From assembly GCA_963662715.1 (NCBI GenBank), contig OY759724.1, positions 1,980,001 through 2,012,000 on the forward strand: a stretch of 32,000 bases of DNA, in the 5' to 3' direction. The translations under genes were made by a program, and so were the position numbers. This DNA is from Candidatus Omnitrophota bacterium. Lineage in GTDB: Bacteria; Omnitrophota; Gorgyraeia; Zapsychrales; JANLHA01. Under the pieces are notes generated by a model. It was not told the origin of the DNA. It saw only the letters and a list, made by a program, of their open reading frames with translations, and searched no databases. Below are positions 16,622 through 22,636 of this stretch, piece by piece (positions within the stretch are counted from its first letter, which is position 1; each line of letters opens with the position of its first letter).

Positions 16622-17659
16622 TCACATGAATTTTTTCACCAGCCCCAAAAGCCCTTGCTTCCAGGCCGCTGTGTGGGTGATCCCTGCTTTACGGCTTTTG
16701 ATGTCCTGATAATTCTCCAAATACCAGGCATAGGTCTTGATAAGAATCTGTGCGTTGGAATAGCGCGGGGACCATTTCAGGGTGTTTTTAAGTTTGTCAA
16801 TGGAGACATAGGAATCTTTATCCGCGGTATCGTAAACCCATTGATAAAGAGGAGAGAGCCGGATAGCTTCCAGGAAACGCAAGAAACCTTTAATTGTGTT
16901 CGCTGAAGTGGGGAAGAGGGTGGAGCCCGATTCCGCAAAATGGAATAAGGCTTCCAGGTCATCCTGGACCGTGCTGAATTTTTCTGCCGCGACATTAAAG
17001 ACGTCGTTGAACGCTGCGTCCTGTTTCTGAACAAAAAGCGCGATGACGTCAACCAGATCATCGACCGCCAAAAGCTGGTAGGAGTTCTGTCCGTCTCCGA
17101 TAACCGGAATCTTCTTGCCGTCATGCACCCAGTCAAAAAGGATTTCAAAGACGCCCAGCCGGCCGGTGCCTAAAAATGTCTTTGGCCGTAAAATCGTTAC
17201 GTTAAGGCCTTTTTTTATATATCCAAGACACAGTTCTTCTGCGGCGATTTTGGATTCGCCGTAAGGCCCGACGCCCATTAACCGGTCGCTTTCTAGAATG
17301 GGATGTTTTTCCGGAATGCCGTAGACAGCCGTCGAAGAGATATAAATCACTCTCTGAACATGGTGGGTATGCGCGGCATCCAGGATGTATTTTGTCCCGC
17401 TGACATTGGTGGAAAAAATATCCGCTTTTTTCCAGAGGGGGAGCGCCGCAGCGGCATGAATAACGATATCCATCCCTCTGACAAGCTCCGGGATGTTTTC
17501 TTCCTGCCGGATATCCCTGCGGATAAAACGGCAGGATTTTTTTAAAGGATTGTCGACCGAAGCGATATCCACCAGCGTGAGTTTATGATTTTGTTTAAGC
17601 AGGGAATGCGCACAGTGTGTGCCCAGGAAACCGGCTGCGCCTGTAATGAGAATATTCAT
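16622..17659 (-). CDS. NAD-dependent epimerase/dehydratase (extended SDR)
   Basis: MNILITGAAGFLGTH (GxxGxxG) and the YGESK catalytic YxxxK motif; 345 aa. It is the only minus-strand gene in the island. Confidence 0.9.
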   Translation of the reverse strand: MNILITGAAGFLGTHCAHSLLKQNHKLTLVDIASVDNPLKKSCRFIRRDIRQEENIPELVRGMDIVIHAAAALPLWKKADIFSTNVSGTKYILDAAHTHHVQRVIYISSTAVYGIPEKHPILESDRLMGVGPYGESKIAAEELCLGYIKKGLNVTILRPKTFLGTGRLGVFEILFDWVHDGKKIPVIGDGQNSYQLLAVDDLVDVIALFVQKQDAAFNDVFNVAAEKFSTVQDDLEALFHFAESGSTLFPTSANTIKGFLRFLEAIRLSPLYQWVYDTADKDSYVSIDKLKNTLKWSPRYSNAQILIKTYAWYLENYQDIKSRKAGITHTAAWKQGLLGLVKKFM

Positions 17660-17725
17660 GGAGGCCCCTTCTTTAAAAATGAGAGAAAAAAGATATTTTT
17701 GTTCCGTTCAGGAAATTAGTGTTTT

Positions 17726-17734
17726 ATTATATCA
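17726..17734 (-). promoter_or_regulatory. Possible extended -10 promoter (TGaTATAAT on the minus strand) for the SDR gene
   Basis: The reverse complement of 17726-17734 reads TGATATAAT, identical to the element at 13109-13117. It lies about 67 nt upstream of the start codon at 17659. Confidence 0.4.
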
Positions 17735-17789
17735 CAGAGGAAAAGTCTTCCCAAAAGCCAAACGAGGTAATTTGTCGGTTAAAAAATAA

Positions 17790-19889
17790 ATGAATCCTAT
17801 CCTGATAAATTTAGGTCTTATCGTTTTTGCCTGGTTCATGACGCTCATTCTTCAGCTGTTCGCTGTCCCGGTGATCGTCGTGAAGCTCCGGAACGTGTTG
17901 TTCGACGCCGGATGGGCTTTCGGCCGGCTGGTGTCCTGGTTAAGCCTTGGCCTGCCGATATGGTTTTTAGCCCATTTCCAATGCCCTGTGAATAATCAGC
18001 CCGGGCTGTTTATCGTTTTTTTCCTTTGGGCGGCTTTGAGCTGGAGAACTTTTCATAAGAATAAGGATGAAATAGTGCTTTATCTGCAGGAAAAGTGGCC
18101 CTGGCTCCTTGCAGAAGAAGTTGTTTTCGCGTTTGGCTTTTTCTTTTTCAGCCTCATGCGGGGTTTTGCTCCTGATATCCTTGATTTAGAGAAGTTCATG
18201 GACATGGGCCTGATGGCCTCTTATCTCCGCGCTGACACTTTCCCGGTTTTGGATATGTGGTTTGCCGGAGAAACCATGAACTATTATACATTCGGGCATT
18301 TTTTGGGTTCCATCATGACGAGGTTCTGGTCGGTGCCTTTACATTACAGCTATAATTTATTATTGGGCCTTGTGTTCGGCCTGACAATGGTCCACAGCTT
18401 TGGTTTTGTTTTGAACCTTTTACAGAGAAGCGGGGATGAAACAGCCCCGCCCCTGGGCCCGCTGGTCTGGGGAGGGGCTGTCGGGGCTTTTTTGATTGTT
18501 TTTGCCGGGAACAGCCATGCGATTTGGTACGGGATCAAAAACCACGGCTGGCAGGGATATTGGTATCCGGACGCGACGCGATTTATTCCCTACACGATTC
18601 ATGAATTCCCGGCGTATTCATTTATTGTCAGTGACCTGCATGCCCATGTCTGGAATTTCCCCCTGGTGATCGCCTTATTGACAGCGATTTTTTTGTGGTA
18701 CCGCGCGGTATTGATTTCCGAACAGCCGAGACGGATTTATCTTCGGGCTTTTTTTGTGAGTTTGATGTTCAGCATCTGTTTTATGACCAGCGCCTGGGAC
18801 GGGGGTATCTATGCGCTACTTTTAGGTGTTTGCGGAGTGAGCCTGCTGATGTTTTATCCGAAACGTTTCCGGCATATTGCCGCTTCTCTGGGGCTCATGG
18901 GGTGTCTGTCGGCCTTGATTTCTTCAGCCTGGTGGTTGCATTTCCGTCCTATTTCCGAAGGGGTCGGGATAGTGGAAACCAGTACTCATTTCTGGCAAAT
19001 GTTGATTGTCTGGGGCGGGTTAGGCCTCGGGAGTTTTTTGGCTTTCAGCATCGCTGACCATCAAAACAGACATTTGATTTATATGGCCCATGTCGTTAAA
19101 AGAAGAAAGCAGGCTGTCTTAGGTCTTGTGATGGCGCTTATTGCGGCGGCCTGGATTCTCATATTGCTCCCGGAACTTATTTATGTCAAAGACATTTATC
19201 CGAATCATCCCCGGGCCAACACGATGTTTAAATTTACTCTGCAGAGCTATATCTTTATGTGCCTCTCAACAGGCTGGGCTTCGGGTTTTATTTGGCTGAA
19301 AGAGTTTCTGCCGCATAATAAATACCGCTTATGGATCAGGGGTTTTTTGTCATTCGTTCTTATTGTTGTTGTTTCTTCGCTTTTAATTTATCCGTATTTC
19401 GGCTATCGGGACAGATACGGTCAGTTGAAAAATTTTAAAGGACTCGACGGATTAACCTGGCTTAAAGAAAAATATCCTGATGATTATGCGGCTGTCTTAT
19501 GGCTGAATCAAAATGTCTCCGGACAGGCTGTTATATTAGAGGCGGTGGGCACCAGCTATTCTGAATTCAGCCGGATATCGGCTTTTACCGGCCTTCCGAC
19601 GGTCGTTGGCTGGCCGGTCCATGAATGGTTGTGGCGGGGTTCATACGATATCCCGGGTTCACGCATCGAAGAAGTCAGGAGGATGTACGAGAACCCGGTC
19701 TCTTATAATTCGGCCATGTCTTTTGAAAAGTACCTGGTGGATTATATATTTGTGGGAGCCAAGGAGCGGGAGGCCTATCCTGAGCTTAAAGAAAGGCAGC
19801 TCCGGGCGTTAGGAAAGGTGATTTTTGAACAGGGAGACACGTTGGTCGTTAAACGTAATATAAGCCCTGCGATGTATCCGATTTATTAA
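17790..19889 (+). CDS. DUF2298 (Chlor_Arch_YYY) family large membrane protein, GT-C-like
   Basis: DLEKFMDMGLMASYLRADTFPVLDMWFAGETMNYYTFGHF matches the DUF2298 signature (EKpMD...fPP.DpWfaG..inYYYfG) from memory. 699 aa, polytopic, with a C-terminal soluble domain. Confidence 0.85.
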   Translation: MNPILINLGLIVFAWFMTLILQLFAVPVIVVKLRNVLFDAGWAFGRLVSWLSLGLPIWFLAHFQCPVNNQPGLFIVFFLWAALSWRTFHKNKDEIVLYLQEKWPWLLAEEVVFAFGFFFFSLMRGFAPDILDLEKFMDMGLMASYLRADTFPVLDMWFAGETMNYYTFGHFLGSIMTRFWSVPLHYSYNLLLGLVFGLTMVHSFGFVLNLLQRSGDETAPPLGPLVWGGAVGAFLIVFAGNSHAIWYGIKNHGWQGYWYPDATRFIPYTIHEFPAYSFIVSDLHAHVWNFPLVIALLTAIFLWYRAVLISEQPRRIYLRAFFVSLMFSICFMTSAWDGGIYALLLGVCGVSLLMFYPKRFRHIAASLGLMGCLSALISSAWWLHFRPISEGVGIVETSTHFWQMLIVWGGLGLGSFLAFSIADHQNRHLIYMAHVVKRRKQAVLGLVMALIAAAWILILLPELIYVKDIYPNHPRANTMFKFTLQSYIFMCLSTGWASGFIWLKEFLPHNKYRLWIRGFLSFVLIVVVSSLLIYPYFGYRDRYGQLKNFKGLDGLTWLKEKYPDDYAAVLWLNQNVSGQAVILEAVGTSYSEFSRISAFTGLPTVVGWPVHEWLWRGSYDIPGSRIEEVRRMYENPVSYNSAMSFEKYLVDYIFVGAKEREAYPELKERQLRALGKVIFEQGDTLVVKRNISPAMYPIY

Positions 19890-19914
19890 TTATTTTTTGT
19901 CGGGGAGGGGAATT

Positions 19915-20352
19915 ATGAAAAGAATAACTAAGATGACCAGAGATGAAAAAAATTTGTATAAACGGTATCTTCTTTGGTGTTATAAGACGACCCGCGAATC
20001 CCTGGAAAGGATTGACAGGAAATTTACGCAGTTGGATATCGATAAGTTTGTCTATGACGATATCTGCAAATGTCCTGAACTGCGAGACAAGTCTAAAGAG
20101 AAAAAATATCAAGGGAAACTTGTTGAATTTAAGCAGTATATAACGCATAAAGAGAAAAGTGCTTATGTTGAAAAATTTGAACGGGGCAAGATCCCGGAGT
20201 TAAAAGCAGATTACTGGTATTGGGATAAACGATTAAAAGCCATTAAAAAAGCCGTAAGACATTTCTTGGGGGCAAGAGCTTTAACCCAAATTGAGCGAGC
20301 TTATGAAGAGGAAATGGAGCGGCGTATTTTGGCGGCACGGGAGCATTCCTGA
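19915..20352 (+). CDS. Hypothetical cytoplasmic, highly charged helical protein
   Basis: GGGGAGGGG RBS 5 nt before ATG 19915, preferred over the track's TTG 19897. No TM segment and no recognisable motif. Confidence 0.65.
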   Translation: MKRITKMTRDEKNLYKRYLLWCYKTTRESLERIDRKFTQLDIDKFVYDDICKCPELRDKSKEKKYQGKLVEFKQYITHKEKSAYVEKFERGKIPELKADYWYWDKRLKAIKKAVRHFLGARALTQIERAYEEEMERRILAAREHS

Positions 20353-20465
20353 AAAAATATTTTAACAATGGACGTTTTAATTTGTTTGTTATTTTGTAAA
20401 TTATTGCAATTAAATATTTTACGGCTAGACAATTTGTTAAGACTTCTTCAATTCAGATAAAAATA

Positions 20466-20474
20466 TGTTATAAT
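20466..20474 (+). promoter_or_regulatory. Extended -10 promoter (TGtTATAAT) immediately upstream of the small pilin-like gene
   Basis: TG at 20466-20467 and TATAAT at 20469-20474. A weak -35, TTCAAT, lies at 20447-20452 (16-nt spacer). The ATG at 20483 is only 8 nt past the -10, implying a leaderless mRNA or use of ATG 20495. Confidence 0.45.
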
Positions 20475-20482
20475 ATAACTAA

Positions 20483-20722
20483 ATGAAGAAAGAAATGCTG
20501 AAGAAATTATTTAACAAGAAAGCCCAGCAGACAGTTGAGTTTTTGTTGGTGTTTACGGTTGTCGTCGTGGTTATTTTTGTCTTTATGAGGCCAGGCGGTG
20601 AATTTCAGACCGAATACCCCAGGGCTCTTAATGCCCCTGTTCAAAGTATGGTCGAAGTTGCCGATATGGTTTGGGGAGACGCAACCGGAACATTGCAGGT
20701 CTCCTCTCCGGGCCCTCCGTGA
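20483..20722 (+). CDS. Small Flp/archaeal-type class III signal peptide (prepilin-like) protein
   Basis: A basic leader (MKKEMLKKLFNKKA) is followed by QQTVEFLLVFTVVVVVIFVF. This fits QxTxE with Glu at +5 after a putative A|Q cleavage, then a roughly 20-aa hydrophobic helix. The predicted mature size of about 65 aa is Flp-like. The N-terminus is paralogous to that of 21042. Confidence 0.65.
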   Translation: MKKEMLKKLFNKKAQQTVEFLLVFTVVVVVIFVFMRPGGEFQTEYPRALNAPVQSMVEVADMVWGDATGTLQVSSPGPP

Positions 20723-20803
20723 TCCGTATCCTTTTATTCCCGTAGAATTTTACACTGCCTTTTTACATAATAATACTTTTGAGAGCAGGCTTTTATCCTT
20801 ATT

Positions 20804-20826
20804 AGGCCTTATAAAGGCCTTGTGTT
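20804..20826 (+). terminator. Weak hairpin, possible terminator after the small pilin-like gene
   Basis: AGGCCTT (20804-20810) pairs with AAGGCCT (20814-20820), followed by TGTGTTTG. The stem is short, the loop tiny and the U-tract imperfect. Confidence 0.25.
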
Positions 20827-20990
20827 TGCTGTCTCATACATATCAAAAAATCCGTTATTGGGGCGTTTCCCGTATAATAAAAGCGATTCGGGCCTATGCA
20901 CGCATCATTTTATTGGTTTATGGCTTATGCCCAAGTTATTAGGTAAATCCAGAGAGAAATACAAAATTTTTTATTGATTTTTGAAAATTA

Positions 20991-20999
20991 TGTTATACT
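20991..20999 (+). promoter_or_regulatory. Extended -10 promoter (TGtTATACT) for the large pilin-like gene
   Basis: TG at 20991-20992 and TATACT at 20994-20999, in a context (ATTATGTTATACTAATATTAA) that parallels the element at 20466 (ATATGTTATAATATAACTAA). Confidence 0.4.
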
Positions 21000-21041
21000 A
21001 ATATTAAATTATCTCTATAAAAATTGATACTTCATTAAACC

Positions 21042-22355
21042 ATGAAAGTTGTTAATAAAAAAGCCCAACAAATCATAGAGTACCTTTTGCTTGTTGCTGT
21101 TGTGGTTGTTGGAATCTTGTCTTTTGTCGGGCCTTTCGGGCCTTTTCGTCCTGCGGTAGAGGACTCCATAAAACAGTCTTTAGCGCAGATTAATGCTGAA
21201 ACAGCAAAACACTGCAGTGATCCCAGCTGTTTCTCCGTAATCGCCTGCCCGGATGCCCTTTTCTGCCAGCTGGCTTATATGGGTGATGTCGGCGCGTGTC
21301 AGCAGTGTGAAGCCTGTTGGCCTTGTTGCGGCGACGGGACCTGTGGTGCAGGGGAAGACAGTGGTAGCTGCCCGGAGGATTGTATCGCCTGCGGGGATCC
21401 CGCCTATGACTGCTCGACGCAAGCCAATTGTGCGGCCTGTGCAGCCTGTTCTCCCTGCTGCGGAGATGGTGTTTGCGATGCCGGGGAAACGGCACTTTCT
21501 TGTCCTGTTGATGGCTGTGCCGCTGCCTGCGGGGAACCGGGTTTTGACTGTGTCGCTGGCTGCGGCAGTTGTGCGGCCTGTTCTCCATGCTGCGGAGACG
21601 GCGTTTGTAATGAAGACCCGGCGTCATGTGTCGCAGACTGTCCTATAGGCTGCGGTCATCCTTCGTATGATTGTAGTATTCCGGCAAATTGCGCCTCATG
21701 CGGTTATTGCCAGCCCTGCTGCGGTGATTCCCAATGTACCTCGGGGGTTGAGACTTATTGCGGGACAGGCGGGACAGATGCCTGTACATTGGATTGTACC
21801 GCTGACTGTCCTAATGGTGTTTGTGATGACTGTGCCGGAGAGAACTCGACGAACTGTCCGGAAGATTGCGGGGCGCTGTGCGGGGATGGCACGTGTGATT
21901 ATCCGGGGACGGAAGACTGTGACGCCTGCTATCAGGACTGCGGATATTGCAGCTGGTGGACCGGTGCCTGGGGGGCTTGTCTCGGTGACTGCACGATCCC
22001 TTCCTGTATTCAAACGAGAACGGTCGAATGCCGGGATTTCGGTTCCAACAGCGTTCTTTTCGGATACTGTGAAGCCTCTGGAGAACCTGAGCCGACCCAG
22101 ACATGTACTTGCCCTACTTGTACGCCGACGCCGACCCCAACGCCGACGCCAACCTCAACCCCGACTCCGACAGTGACGCCGACCCCGACGGAAACTCCGA
22201 CTCCGACGCCGACTCCGACAGTGACGCCGACCCCGACAGTGACGCCGACGCCGACGATTACCCCGACCCCGACAGATACCCCGACGCCGACCCCAACGCC
22301 GACGATTACCCCGACCCCGACAGATACCCCGACGCCGACCCCAACGCCCGGCTGA
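21042..22355 (+). CDS. Pilin-like (class III signal peptide) Cys-rich repeat surface protein with TSR-like module and C-terminal Thr-Pro tail
   Basis: The N-terminus is MKVVNKKA|[18 protein letters not shown] (Glu+5, Tyr+6). Residues 58-360 contain 62 Cys by my hand count, in tandem CG.P.YDC....C..C..C.PCCGDG.C..GE...CP.DC modules. Residues 304-357 resemble a thrombospondin type 1 repeat. Residues 361-437 are (TP)n. Confidence 0.85.
   Translation: MKVVNKKAQQIIEYLLLVAVVVVGILSFVGPFGPFRPAVEDSIKQSLAQINAETAKHCSDPSCFSVIACPDALFCQLAYMGDVGACQQCEACWPCCGDGTCGAGEDSGSCPEDCIACGDPAYDCSTQANCAACAACSPCCGDGVCDAGETALSCPVDGCAAACGEPGFDCVAGCGSCAACSPCCGDGVCNEDPASCVADCPIGCGHPSYDCSIPANCASCGYCQPCCGDSQCTSGVETYCGTGGTDACTLDCTADCPNGVCDDCAGENSTNCPEDCGALCGDGTCDYPGTEDCDACYQDCGYCSWWTGAWGACLGDCTIPSCIQTRTVECRDFGSNSVLFGYCEASGEPEPTQTCTCPTCTPTPTPTPTPTSTPTPTVTPTPTETPTPTPTPTVTPTPTVTPTPTITPTPTDTPTPTPTPTITPTPTDTPTPTPTPG
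21384..21797 (+). repeat. Three full tandem ~41-52-aa Cys-rich modules (protein-level repeat, partly visible in DNA); partial units flank them on both sides
   Basis: The modules are [86 protein letters not shown] and [32 protein letters not shown]...TLDC. In the DNA, TGTTCTCC(C/A)TGCTGCGGAGA(T/C)GG(T/C)GTTTG recurs near 21448 and 21578. Confidence 0.8.
22122..22352 (+). repeat. Thr-Pro dipeptide-coding microsatellite-like repeat, including a 48-nt tandem duplication
   Basis: The region encodes 77 aa, of which 67 are T or P by hand count. The unit 22254-22301 (ACGATTACCCCGACCCCGACAGATACCCCGACGCCGACCCCAACGCCG) repeats at 22302-22349 with one mismatch. Confidence 0.95.
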
Positions 22356-22478
22356 TGCCTGAATCCTGTTATTCTTAGAATATCCCTTTTTGTCCGTAAG
22401 CGGGGTTCTTTCTTCTCGTGAGACTCGGGGAAAGAGGCATTTTTGTTTTGCAAGCCTTTACGTCATTCACTTCTTTTC

Positions 22479-22506
22479 TTGCAAAACTTAATGAATATAT
22501 TAAAAT
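22479..22506 (+). promoter_or_regulatory. Possible promoter TTGCAA-N16-TAAAAT for 22637
   Basis: TTGCAA at 22479-22484, a 16-nt spacer, and TAAAAT at 22501-22506. Confidence 0.3.
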
Positions 22507-22636
22507 ATTAAAAGTTGTCTCTGGATTTTTTTCGGTATAAAGGTCTGTCGCCCGGGATAATATCTTTTCTGCAGACAGGATGAGCCTGTCTGCAAAATTT
22601 GTTTATGAAGAGGCTGAATAACGTATTGTATTAAGA

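Noticed and set aside
20598-20942. 114-aa plus-strand ORF overlapping the end of the small pilin-like gene
   Set aside because: It starts inside the pilin-like gene in another frame and has no RBS or promoter. Its composition is not protein-like. The region 20723-21041 is better explained as intergenic DNA with a weak hairpin and the next promoter.
21180-22378. Multiple 80-170-aa ORFs in other frames and on the other strand across the Cys-rich gene (for example 21190-21627 minus, 21253-21648 plus, 21667-22176 plus, 21696-22013 minus, 21811-22104 minus, 22103-22378 plus)
   Set aside because: They are Arg/Pro/Ser-rich products typical of off-frame reading of GC-rich repetitive coding DNA. All are nested inside the 21042-22355 gene, whose repeat structure is coherent only in its own frame.
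22010-22453. 147-aa minus-strand ORF encoding (GV)n repeats
   Set aside because: It is the antisense shadow of the (TP)n-coding repeat. The plus-strand frame continues from a well-supported gene, whereas this ORF has no start context or independent features.
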